From Eledone cirrhosa (taxonomy: Eukaryota), in the NCBI GenBank assembly GCA_964016885.1, contig OZ024745.1:36270001-36334000 (forward strand): a DNA stretch of 64,000 nucleotides, read 5' to 3'. The notes under the pieces are model-generated. The model was not told the DNA's origin. It did not search any database and was given only the letters and a program-made list of their open reading frames with translations. This document shows, piece after piece, positions 14,371-27,602 of the stretch (positions within the stretch are counted from its first letter, which is position 1; the number at the start of each line of letters is the position of its first letter). The position numbers and the translations under genes are program-made.

Positions 14371-15584
14371 ATATACATATTGTGTTAGACTAAATATCAT
14401 AAGGCATATTTGATATTGGTGATTAGTTTGGGGGAGTTTGTAGTTGAAATAATTCAGGTGAAGGTGGAACACGGCATTTTAGGTAATGGAGCTGCTGAAG
14501 ATATAAATAGTTTTTGTATACAGAAACTACGGAATATGACTACTGTGACTAGATAACGTGTCTTCCCCATTTGGTGTCTGGTGAGTTCCATGGCTGTTTT
14601 GCGATTCGAGAATGTAGGAGAGGGGTTGGTTTAGCCAGAGATATGAGTGCAGGACAGGGGTTGATATATCGTGATTTCTGAGTATCTTATTTATGAAATA
14701 ATGTGGCCAACGTTCTTGCTTTCATATATATACTTCATTTGCTGCCAAGAAAAAGGAGTTCTGAATAGAACTAGGGTAAAGTATATGCTGAAGATCAATA
14801 AATTCCCATATCCTCAATTTCCTTGAGTTATTGCAGGATTTCATCCATTCTAAGACAAAATTCCTTTCAAGCAATAAATCAAACTAAACCCAAATATCTT
14901 TCAAAATCTCACCTATACTGCATATGATACCAACCTCCAATTCCCTCGTTTCTGATTTTATGGGAACTAGAATGATTAGAATTTTACAAATTTAATTATA
15001 GTCCTTTGATCGTATAATTATCTATAATAGAGATACATTTAGAATGAAAGAAATTATGAGAAATACAAACAACAATTTTTATTCTGATTGTTATTGTGTT
15101 TTGTTTTATTTTGCACTGATTATCTCAGGTAAAATCAAATGATAAAAGATCTCCGAAATATTCGATGAGATAGCAGCAACTGGGAATGGATCGAAGAACA
15201 AATGTATTCGCTATCCAGCTACAATCATACGCAAACAATTCATAATAAACTCCAAATACCTGACCAAATTCTTTTCCACAAATTCTATTGCATTTTGTGT
15301 AACTGTAGGCTTGGAGGTGTTTAATTGTAGGAACAGCCAATTAACTAACATCATCTGGAAGCGGCGACCAAAAGAACATTAGAAAGAAACTTTAGTTTAG
15401 ATTATGTAATTCTGTTTACCTTATAAGAATACATATATGAGACCTATCAGGTTTGCCATACAGAAGAGTCAGCAAATTTATTTTTCTGCTGGACGTTTCA
15501 ACTGCATGTATGTATTTATTGCTGCTAAATGCTAAATGGTGAACACTAATAGCTTCATCTTGTTTCTCTCTCCATCTTTCTCTC

Positions 15585-15680
<96 letters not shown>

Positions 15681-16034
15681 GAGAGATGGAGAGAGAGATT
15701 AATATATAGATGGGTATATGTATATATATATATATATATATACACACACAATAGATAAATAGTTTGACACCAGGTGAACATAGTGCTATATAATCAAGAT
15801 AGTGACAGTAACATCTTAATGATTATAAGATATCTGAACAAACACACACACGCACCTGATAACATACATCCATAACTAAATAAATTGTTAGTTTGCTACA
15901 GAGATCGATATATTGATTGACAGACACTGACACACACACACACACATATGTATATGTGTGCAATTTGACAGCTAGATGGTTACTAGGGTTCATTGCAGTG
16001 TTCTCCCACACAATATCTGTGTGTGTGTGTGCCG

Positions 16035-16071
<37 letters not shown>

Positions 16072-16084
16072 TATATAGATATAT

Positions 16085-16188
<104 letters not shown>

Positions 16189-16281
16189 ATATATATATTT
16201 ATATAGTAATAATAATAAATTTGAAGACTAAAATCCAAAGAGGGCTCGGTAAGGAGAAATATATATCAAATATATTATATA

Positions 16282-16367
<86 letters not shown>

Positions 16368-16895
16368 ATATATATGTATATATATATATACATGTGTATG
16401 TATAATGCTCGAGAGAGACAGAGATAGAGAGAAAGGGATAGAAAGACAAAGGGGGTAGGCGTGGATGGAGAGCTAGAGAACAATATCATTCGTTGGCTGC
16501 CTTCGTGATAGCAAGGAATAATAAGACCGCAACGACGAATGAAGGTAATGTGGAAATATACTTGCTTAATTTACACAATCAATAGACAATCTTTAGTTGG
16601 ACTAACGCAACGTAATTGCATTCTCAATACTAGTTTCTACAAAATAAACAGTAGAAGAAAACAGCAATTAGGGCAGAGAATGAAAGTATAGTGTGTAAAG
16701 GTCTTCTTTGAACAATGGCTGTATAACGCGAAGGGAAGAGAGACTAAGTCTATTTATTATGAAACCACTTTAAAATATAAGATCCTGAATGGGAACCAAT
16801 TTTCGTCTCGTTGTGTGGCTCTTTGTGTGTTTACTTCCGTTATTATGTGATGAATAAACTGTAATATGTATAGCTACGTACAGTTACACACGCAC

Positions 16896-17001
<106 letters not shown>

Positions 17002-17018
17002 ATACATGCCATAGAATA

Positions 17019-17059
<41 letters not shown>

Positions 17060-17154
17060 CACAAACAACCCTATATATATATATATATATATATTGTATC
17101 GATGTATATCACAAACACACAACGATATGTATATAACACACACACACACGCACT

Positions 17155-17230
<76 letters not shown>

Positions 17231-17640
17231 CGTGTGTGTACACATATGTAATCATACATACGCATAAATATATATCCTTGTTTGTATAGGTGTATGTGGA
17301 TATTCATATTGATCAGCAACCATCTCATCTATAAGGGCTGTATGAATTGTCCATATGAATTTACTTGTGTGTATGTGGTATGTATGCATGTAGGTATGCT
17401 TCACTGTATATATGTATCAGTGTATATACATGTTTGCATGGGTGGCGGAAAAGATAAGCCTATTAAATCTTTTTACACACCTTTCTCTTTATAGACTTTC
17501 TAATTTCCTTCAGTCTTCTTTTTAAATGCATCATTACTATTACTTGAATTTGTGAGTACCTTTGCTTGCTCGTAACTGCGTTCGACTCTGTACACATATT
17601 TATATACGGGTAAGTAGCCATTTGGTATACGTACACGTAA

Positions 17641-17690
<50 letters not shown>

Positions 17691-17692
<2 letters not shown>

Positions 17693-17862
17693 CGAAGGAA
17701 ATGTGGCAAGGAACCAGGTGGACCATAACGCACCAAACTACTCAATACTTAGGGTAGTAGAGTGGGTAATAGGAACAAGTAGGACCCCGACGGCTGAGCA
17801 AAAGCCGTTTCGACGGCTAATTCTGCCGTCGAAACAGCTTGAGCTCAGCCGTCGGGGTCCTA

Positions 17863-17866
<4 letters not shown>
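17691..17866. mobile_element. Family E fold-back element (3' half of an HHR, mirrored)
   Basis: Arms 17778-17817/17825-17864, flanked by (TA)n on both sides. Homologs at 21625, 21726, 34465 and 62746. Confidence 0.8.
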
Positions 17867-17948
<82 letters not shown>

Positions 17949-17973
17949 TATGCAAATTTAAATATATTTTCAT

Positions 17974-18038
<65 letters not shown>

Positions 18039-18995
18039 AATTTATTTTCTTAAATATACATTACACTGTATTTGCACTAAACCAACCATGCACATATTCA
18101 TGCTTTGTTCTATATGAACATGTGTTTAATTCAACATATATATTGATGTATGTACATACTTATTGATATATGGGTTTCTGTCGGTGGATATGTATGGGTG
18201 CATGTGTACACACATACACACGTTTGTGCATATCTACATTGCCATATACAACGTTTTACATAAACACACATACACGCACAGGGGAACACAGACGTATATA
18301 TGAATACATATGAATATGTATGTATATTTACGAATACATACATATTGTTTATGTATGTATATTTACATATACAATATATATGTATTCGTGTGTTGTGTTT
18401 TTGTGTGAACGTGGGTATGTGTGTGTATGTGTGTGAGTCTGAGTGTGTGTGTTTCGATAAATAGACCTTTAGCGATTTAACAATCAATAAATTGCTGCCA
18501 ATCCCGTAATTTCTGCTGATTAATTCAAGTAAAAAATACGTCCTGCATAAATGAAGTGTTTCCAGATGAAGTATGATCTGCTAAAATGCTTTACATACTC
18601 TCAGCTATATATCTACAAATTATTTGCTCTTTTCCATTATTATATAATAAGTGGAACACTTTCATAGAAGCTACGTACTTATCAGTATATTTCACCCTAT
18701 GCATTTAGCAAATGATATCTTGCAAATTACTAGAGTTCTAATTCGATAATTCGTATAAACTATTCAATATTTTCGATGGTGTAGATGGGATTACCGTCAC
18801 AACAAACGAATGATTAATTATGCGGCTGCATCTCATAGTCTCAGACATGGCCGTGCAGTCAAGAATGGTGCTTATATATATAGAGCATAAATACATATAT
18901 CATAAATAATATATATATATATGTGTGTGTGTGTGTTAGGTAATTCTGAAGGAAAAGCAAAGGAAAAAAGAGTGCTCTATGTATAGAACAGAGCT

Positions 18996-19359
<364 letters not shown>

Positions 19360-20390
19360 CGAATTTTCAGGCTCATTCAGTTGACAGAATGTGACAAGAT
19401 TCGCCCTTCGAATTATAGGTACAACATATTTTGCCAGCTAAGTTTCCAGGAGCAAGAACACGACGTGGCGCCAGGGATTGACCTCATAACCTTATGATTA
19501 TGAGCTAAATGCCCAAAACTTTAAACCACGTTCCTTCATACCTACATACAAACAATTGCAAAATCGATATGTCAAAATTTTACAATTACACTTTTAACAC
19601 TATTTTGTTATATTTTTTCATATAAGCCGTGTTTTATTAAGTATTACTGGGGAATGGTGCGTTTTTACCTCGCGTGTAGAAAGTAGATTTTCTTACAATT
19701 CAGTGAGGTTTCTCTCCGCAACCTGGAAATAGTTTTCACATGGAATCACATGTTAGTTGGTAACTAGGGGATAATATATCTATTACAAACGGCTTCACTT
19801 TTCATGGTCTAATTGCTCGTCCATATTCTCAGTCAGAGAATCAATTCACAACCATATTAATGAGTTAATCAAAGGAATATGTATTCTGATTCATGACAGT
19901 TGAAATCCCAACTGAAAATGCTGACAAAATAAAAGTATTTCTATTAATGTGTAGCCTGACATTATCTTGGAAATTCTAATAGAATATAAAGATTATGACG
20001 AGGCGACAGTGTTTGTGGCTGTTAAATTTGAGTAGTATTCAGAGAAGACTGTGGACCCTAATTGTTTAATTTCACTTGTATTATGTCTACTAATTAATAA
20101 TAATTAATTGAGATTAATAAAGTTCAGAAATTGTGTACTGATTCTAACATAACTTTGAAATTGTATTACACAGCATATGTAAAAATCTTAGATAATTGTT
20201 CTGAAAGTTAATGTGGTCATACAATCTGCTGCAAATAGCAGTCAATTCTCCTTCAGTTTATACCCTATCATCTCATCTAATAAATGACGTGAGAGTGTAA
20301 TGTAATCTTAGATCCTAATACTTAACACCTTTCGTAACTGTGCTCCTTGTTGTTGTTATTTATTTTTCCAATATATATATATATATATAT

Positions 20391-20672
20391 ATTAGAAATT
20401 AGAAATTATAAGCTTTCACCGTATTTTAGACTAAAGAAATTTCTAGCCTGATAGTGGGGTTTATACCCCTCGGAGAAATGGAAAAAGATGAGTGTCTGCA
20501 TGTACGGCAACACTCATCTTTTCCATTTCTCCGAGGGTTATAAACCCCACTATCAGGCTAGAAATTTCTTTAGTCTAAAATACGGTGAAAGCTTATAATT
20601 TCTAATTTCTAATTTTCAAACTCGCGCACCGTTTCAAAAACATACATACATGTTTACATTTATAATTTGCTT
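20391..20672. mobile_element. Family G fold-back element
   Basis: Near-perfect arms 20391-20495/20510-20613 between (TA)n tracts. Confidence 0.8.
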
Positions 20673-20673
20673 G

Positions 20674-20705
<32 letters not shown>

Positions 20706-21372
20706 AGCGCGTGTGTGTGGGGGGGGGCGTGTTCGGCTGAAATGTTCATAAGCTGATTGTGAAGGATTGATGCTAGAGCTGTGAAATCTTGCATGCATTA
20801 ATTTCAAATCTTTTTATTAGTAACCGCATTGTTTCTTTCCTGGGACTATGTTGAAAATTAAACCTCATTTGATCATATAATGAGACTATCTTGGGCAGTA
20901 TTTGAAGTTTTAAAATGTGTCTATTATGTATATCTACGTCTACATCTTCTTGAGCCATCCCCCTTTTTCGATGGTGAAGCATTTATTTTACTTTTTCTAA
21001 AGGCTAGAATATAGAAGTTTGGCCACACCTGCTTACTCGTAGATATCCCCGCTAACTGGAGCAGTTGTGCCAACCCATTGTCATATTAATAGTCCATCAT
21101 CTGTGAAGCCACTGGTGTTTATGACGGCGTGTTCATCTAATTAAACTAATGGTCGTCGTATGAGCTATAACTTACTATAAGACAAGCAAGATTTTTATCG
21201 ATCTGTTCTGGTATTTTTATCGATCTATCTGCTATGATAGCTATATCAAAATCAGCTCGTGTAAGATGTGGCTTTTCACCACGCAGGTCGGTGTTGGAAA
21301 TGTGAAGACTAGGTGCTTTCACATATATGTTTGTGTGTGTGTATTTATATATATACATATATATATATATAT

Positions 21373-21610
21373 ATTAGGAAAAAGAATAGCTTTCACCGTA
21401 TTTTTGACTAAAGGAATTTTACCCTGATAATGGGGTTTAGAAAAAGATGAGTATTGACGTACATGTACGTCAATACTCATCTTTTTCCATTTATATGAGG
21501 GTTCTAAACCCCATTACCAGGGTAAAATTCCTTTAGTCAAAAATACGGGGAAAGTTATTCTACTTCCTAATTTCAAACCTGCTCACTGTTTCAAAATATA
21601 TTTACTTGAT
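21373..21610. mobile_element. Family G fold-back element, second diverged copy
   Basis: Symmetry axis gacgtaca|tgtacgtc at 21463/21464; homologous to 20391-20672. Confidence 0.8.
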
Positions 21611-21817
21611 ATATATATATATATAACAAAGAGTGTGTGGTAACGTACCAGGTGAACCATGACGCACCAGAGTACTCAATACAGATCTATCTGTCGAAAC
21701 AGCTTTTCTTATATATATATATATAACGAAGGAGATATGGTAAGGAACCAGATGGCCCATAACGCACCAGAGTACTAAATATTTAGGGTAGTAGAGTGGG
21801 TAATAGCAAAATGTTTA

Positions 21818-21913
21818 ACCCCGACGGCAGAGCTCAAGGCGTTTCGACGGCTATTTCTGGACTAAATTAGAATTTCTAGCGTGGTAAATAAATAGCCGAA
21901 CTTTTCAAGGGGC
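21818..21913 (-). ncRNA. Decayed full HHR of family E
   Basis: gcccc-TTGAAAA (from CTGAAGA), ggctattt...aaatagcc stem II, gtc-GAAAC-gccttgagctctgcc-GTC-ggggt. Confidence 0.5.
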
Positions 21914-21929
21914 AATTCCTTATATGGGA

Positions 21930-22042
<113 letters not shown>

Positions 22043-22626
22043 TGAGTACATCAAAGAATGAGTTTTACAGTAGATAGGAAGCACTCTACAAATGATATTT
22101 TCCAGAGTTATATTAATTCAAATATTAACAAAATAGATATTCTTGTGATCAATTGTCACAAAGGTAATCTTTAACAAACTTATATCTCTATATATAGTTT
22201 GTAGAAGTATATATATATAGTGTAAAATAACATAATCATAATTAGAGTTCGGTCTTCCCTAGAAGGTAGAACTAATATAATTACTTAATATAATATATGA
22301 ACAAATAATAAATTATAGTCCTGATATTATGATCAATACACGCATATATATATATATATATATATAGCTGAAAACTCTGACTTTTTTAGGTTTAAGACCT
22401 GCTAACACTTTAGGCACTATAACTATTTAACAATAAATTTCTTAATAGTTATAACTGTAAATATCTCATAAATTATATTATAGAAAAGGTTGTAAGTGTT
22501 ACAAGTAATTTTGTTAAAGATTACCTTTGTGAGAATATTGAACATTATATTTTATTTCTTTCGCGGGCTTCGTAAATCCTTTAAATTTGTTTTCATAAAA
22601 ATTTGAATTTTAGAAATTTAACATAA

Positions 22627-23540
22627 TCTATATATATAAAACTGTGGTTGTCTGTCTGTCTATCGATTTTTGGCACACATCTCCTCTTAGAATCTCTCAC
22701 GGAATTGCACTGAAATTGCTATACTTGTACATTGAGCCCTAGCGAAGACATCGGAAAAAGAAAATTTCAAATTGACCCACCCTATGTGACGGAATCGAAT
22801 ATAATGTATCGATTTTTGAGCGTAAGTTATCAGTTATTTCCCTTTGTTCTGTTTACATTGAGCGTCTTACGTAAAAAATTACGCTGGCTTTCTCAGCGTT
22901 TAAAATGACATTAACACAATACACGAAGCTTCCCTTTTGCTTCATTTCCATTTAAAAGCATTTTAAAACAATATTTTTACTTGAAAACAAGTCTATTTAA
23001 AGACTACGTAAAACAAGCAAATATTTCGTCGTTAGGCGTGCAGACAGACAGTCGTGCAGAGAGGTGATATACGCGTGCAGACAGACAGTCGTGCAGAGAG
23101 GTGATATAGGCGTGCAGACAGACAGTCGTGCAGAGAGGTGATATAGGCGTGCAGACAGACAGTCGTGCAGAGAGGTGATATAGGCGTGCAGACAGACAGT
23201 CGTGCAGAGAGGTGATATAGGCGTGCAGACAGACATAACTGATAATTTGGTTACGCTAATGTTTTTCTCTGCGTTGCAGTGTTTACATTTTCGATCTTTG
23301 TTAATAAATAACCAGTGCAGTTTCTATCCCCAGCATCCTCTTTTGTTATAACATTCGGGTTATCGTTATGTTTTCTTAACTTCATAAGGCATATTGTTGG
23401 TTGAGGGAATATTAATCAAAAACACCACATGCAAGTCTGCACAGTAGACACTACAGTTTTTAAGCCAAGAAAGAAACTTAACATTGTAACTTTAACACAG
23501 CTACTGAGCGACCCCGAGCAACGCCGGGCTTTACTGCTAG
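22627..23540 (+). mobile_element. Non-autonomous Helitron
   Basis: 5' TCTATATATATAAAA preceded by A, (GTCT)n near the 5' end, subterminal hairpin cccgagcaacgccggg (23513-23528), and 3' CTAG followed by T. Confidence 0.85.
23034..23235 (+). repeat. 37-bp minisatellite, about 5.4 copies, inside the Helitron
   Basis: Unit aggcgtgcagacagacagtcgtgcagagaggtgatat, head to tail with no spacers. Confidence 0.95.
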
Positions 23541-23993
23541 TTATACTATAAAATTAATACAAATAACCATCAACTGTTAAAACCTAAAACTTTGATTCTT
23601 TACCCTGAAACAACATAAATTAAGTATTTTGAAATTTAACCGCCAAAGCTATGTATGTTTATACGTGTCTAATGAAATTTGAGCATAAATTACTCCCCTT
23701 TGTCTCTCCCTCTCTTTAATTATCTGTCATTTGTGTTCTCAAGCTAAATACTAAATAAATTATAACTCCAGATACGTCTTCCTCTATAGTTCTATAGAAG
23801 TATTTCAAATTTTAAAAACTCTGTAACTGGTGCATTAAGTCAATGTCTTTTGTTACTCACACTCTGATGATGCTATTACGTTTTCTCATGTTCTCAATAT
23901 TAGGGTGTAAATATTGAGTGTTCTCATAAGTTAATCACTACCTTGATTAAATCTTAACCAGCTACCATGTCAGGGTACGTCATGTATCATTTT

Positions 23994-24058
23994 ATTTTAT
24001 CTGATGAGGACGTACTGTTGAACTTGATTCAGTAACTCTGAAATATGTATAATAAAAT
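23994..24058 (+). ncRNA. Type I HHR related to family C
   Basis: attttat-CTGATGA-gga.cg.tactg...cagta.ac.tct-GAAAT-atgt-ATA-ataaaat. Confidence 0.7.
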
Positions 24059-24098
24059 TTAATTGATCACAAGAATATCTATTTTGTTAATATTTGAA

Positions 24099-24136
<38 letters not shown>

Positions 24137-25189
24137 AAACAGACGGGAACAAAACAGAGAGGGAGTACAAACAAAGGTTTATTAGTTTCATGGTCTTGAG
24201 AGGGGGGGGGGACGTTTTGGGCACAAGCCCTTCTTCGGGAGAAAGGTGGGTTAGAAGAGAGTTCCGAGGGTCTGTGGGGGAGTGGCGGAGAGACATTTAG
24301 AAAAAAGGGGGGAAGAAAAGGGAGGAAAAACGGTGGAAGGGGTACAAATAAAAATAAACATAATGATAAACAAGTGGTGGAAGAGTGTGGGTCGTGTAGG
24401 GGTGGTGGCGGGTGGAGTAGGGAGAGGGAGGCGGGGGTTCCGAGGGGGGGAGGGCTGAAGGTGGTGTTTTTGTATGTGTGTAGGTGTACTACGTGTGTGT
24501 GTGTGTGTGTGTATGTGAATGTGAGAGTTTGGGGAAGAATGACGTTCCATGTTTAGGAAAAGGTGTGTGTGTGGGAGTGGGGTGTAGGTCGGTGTATGCG
24601 TGCATGTGGATAGGGAGGGATCAGATGGGGTGGGGGGGGGGGAGGATTCCGGAGGCTGAGTGTGTATATGTGGGTACGCACGTGTGTGTGGGTGTTTATA
24701 CGTGGTCTGGATGTAGGTGGCGTGGTTCGAAAAAAGAATTGTGAGTGTATGTCCGTGGGTAAGTTCCTATGGTAGTTCCGTGAAGTATGCGATGGGATGC
24801 TGGATATATTTCAGGTTATGGAGTAGATAGCAGGAACGATGACCGGTGAGGTGTAATCCGTTGGTTGTGGTGGTCGGAAATATGGAGATGTGGGGTGCAC
24901 GCGCAAAAGGAAATGGTCAGAGGTTGAAGGCAGTAGAGGAGAATGACAGGTGTAGAAAGTCAGTGTATGGTGAGGACTGTGTCTGTGTGTGCGGAGGTGC
25001 GGTAGACAGGGGAGAGGATGGATAGGTGTGAAAGGTGGAGTGGGGAGTGGGGTCGTGTGGGGGGAGGGGGTGTATTAGTAGAGGTGTTTGTGGGATGTGT
25101 GTAAATGGGTGTGGGTGGATCGGGGTGAGGGAGATGGAGAGAAAATAAATGTGTAGTGGAAGATGGAGGGAGTGTAGTGTACTGACACA

Positions 25190-25283
25190 ATTTTGACATA
25201 ACCAAGGAGAATATACCTTAACGGTTCAAGTTATCCGGATAACTTGAACCGTTAAGGTATATTCTCCTTGGTTATGTCAAAAT
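25190..25283. repeat. Perfect 94-bp palindrome at the 5' end of a family C element
   Basis: Axis ttatcc|ggataa at 25236/25237, with no loop and no mismatches. Confidence 0.95.
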
Positions 25284-25300
25284 ATATAAAACACACTTCT

Positions 25301-25361
25301 TATTTTATCTGATGATAGCGTACCAAAATGTAGGTATCCTTGAAATATATATAATAGAATA
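25301..25361 (+). ncRNA. Type I HHR, family C
   Basis: tattttat-CTGATGA-tagcg.tacc...ggta.tcctt-GAAAT-atat-ATA-atagaata. Confidence 0.7.
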
Positions 25362-25573
25362 AATATGGTTTTATAAATATAGTTTCCATTTATTTAATAT
25401 CATTGTATATATATATATATATATTGTTATACTTTGGGAGGGTCATGTTGCCAATAAGAAACACACGCACCAGTGCTTTCACTTCAATTTATTATAATAA
25501 ATTTATAAATTTAGGAATTTATAAATTTCCGGTTGGTTGGTTGGTTCCACAACCAGATGGTTGTTTATATATT

Positions 25574-25616
25574 GTTAAAGTTCTTTCGTCACACATTATG
25601 TGACCTCTTCAGTGAC
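25574..25616 (-). ncRNA. HHR motif in the 3' pseudo-LTR of a PLE fragment
   Basis: gtca-CTGAAGA-g-gtcaca-taatg-tgtgac-GAAAG-aa-CTT-taac; homolog at 56054-56096. Confidence 0.65.
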
Positions 25617-25829
25617 TGGGGATTCTTTTCTTTGTTTTTGTGCCTCTCCTTTGTTCTGTCCTACGCCATTTTGTTTCTGTGTGTGTGTTGTGTGCTCAGT
25701 CTGCGCATGCGCCACATCCGGGTGTCTGTGTGTGTTTATATTCGTTTATGTATTTGTTTATTTACATGTTACAGGTTGGTTGTTTGTTTTATGTGCGTGT
25801 GTGTTTTCATTTTGTCCTTAATTGTAAGT

Positions 25830-26460
25830 TGTGATTTTGCTGTTCCACTCATGTTTTCTATTTAATTTAATTTTGGTTGTAATTCTTTTATGTTTATTGC
25901 CTCTGTGATTTGTTTAAACATTGCGTCTTTTCTGTGTGTAGATTCTATTTTTATTTCTATGTTCTCTAATTTACCCTTATGTTCTATTTTAGCATGTTGA
26001 TAGAGTACAGATGATTCTTTACTATCTTGAAGGTCTCACCAGTGTTCATTTATCCGTTCCCCTACACTACGAGCTGTCTCACCTATGTACACTATATTTT
26101 TGTCTCTACATTGTCCTTCAGTACATCTTATGCTATATACTACATTTCTAGTTTTACAGTTAATATGGGGGCTTAATTTACAGGTTATACATTTCTTATC
26201 TATACACGGGAAGGGGGGGTCTTTGAAAAGGGTATGTCTTGCTAATAAGTTTTTTTACGGAGGTACCTGGTCTTTCTACTATCTTAATTAATATTGAGTT
26301 TATGTTTATCTAGGGCCCTTCTAAATTTGTAAGCTAATTCACCTCTAGGGGTTGTATCGATGAACATTACACTCTGGTATTTATTGCTATCATACCATGA
26401 GTTTATTCTATTAGCCTTATTCCTAGTTCTTTCTATTCTATTCCAAAATTTGCTCCCCAG
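25830..26460 (-). pseudogene. PLE C-terminal linker plus GIY-YIG endonuclease fragment (possibly Nematis-like)
   Basis: Manual translation: VMFIDTTPRGELA...KIVERPGTSVKKL...CIDKKCITC...CKTRNVVYSIRCTEGQC...VYIGETARSVGERINEH...LN..RKHEW, with a frameshift and stops. Missed by the ORF track. Confidence 0.85.
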
Positions 26461-26817
26461 GCTAGTCAGTAAAACCTGATAAACAGAAACTGATGAGAGG
26501 TCTTTTATTCGAAATAATGTATGAAAGAGGTAAATCTAGATGTATTCGCAATACTGTCCTCTGGGATCATCAATCAACAACAAAATTAAAGGTGATAATG
26601 AAATATCTAAATAGAATACTTGAAATGTTAAAACATATACTGCTAGTCATGCATGCGAAACAAAAGGATATGAATAAAGATACAGTTTATTTAGAATCTT
26701 AAATAAAATATATAAAATTGGACCATCATTGTGTTCAAAATAAAAACTTAATACACATGCACCCTCAATCAACAGCACATTCAGTGCTCTCTCGCCCTTT
26801 CTCTCTCTATGTATATA

Positions 26818-26854
<37 letters not shown>

Positions 26855-27425
26855 GTATGTATGTATGTATGTGTACCCCCAAACGTATAGCTAGATATAA
26901 ATAGATACATAAGCATATGGGTGTGAAATTCTATGCGTGTGCTTGTGTGTTTCTACGTATAATATATCGATTATCTCACGCAAATCTGTATAAGTGAATT
27001 CCTTGAATTATTTTTTTGAGAGGCATATATATTAAAGTCTATTAATACGTGATTAGCCCTATGGAATTCAGTTGAATGCATAGCACTGAGAAGCGCTTAC
27101 ACCTTGTATTAAACATACCTTACCATCTATCAATCTATCTAACCCTGTCTCCCATTCTCTCTACATACATATATATTTACATATATATATATTTATATAT
27201 ATATATATATATATATATACAAACATATATGTATTCATATATACTTATATATACTTAGATATATATACTCACATATATATATATATATATATATTAGTAT
27301 AGATTATTCCTGTTTTCTCCTTATGCGTTCCTATAGTATATATATATATATATATATTAGTATAGATCATCCCTGTTTTCTCCTTATGCGTTCCTATAGT
27401 AGATATATATTATATATATACACAT

Positions 27426-27465
<40 letters not shown>

Positions 27466-27517
27466 GTGTATATATATATATATATATAATATATATAGAT
27501 ATATACTATAGGAACCC

Positions 27518-27602
<85 letters not shown>

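Noticed and set aside
20730-20810. Possible mariner-like terminal inverted repeat
   Set aside because: Only a remembered resemblance; no partner repeat or transposase was found.
23034-23235. CRISPR-like appearance of the 37-bp repeat (also the 35-bp repeat at 32848)
   Set aside because: Head-to-tail units with no spacers, no cas genes, and a eukaryotic context.
26036-26038. In-frame TGA in the GIY-YIG fragment as possible selenocysteine (Naiad-type PLE)
   Set aside because: Not at a conserved Cys position, the endonuclease is C-terminal, and the copy has other lesions; CGA-to-TGA decay is more likely.
26484-26530. CTGATGA...GAAA motif
   Set aside because: No stem I pairing and no valid cleavage triplet.
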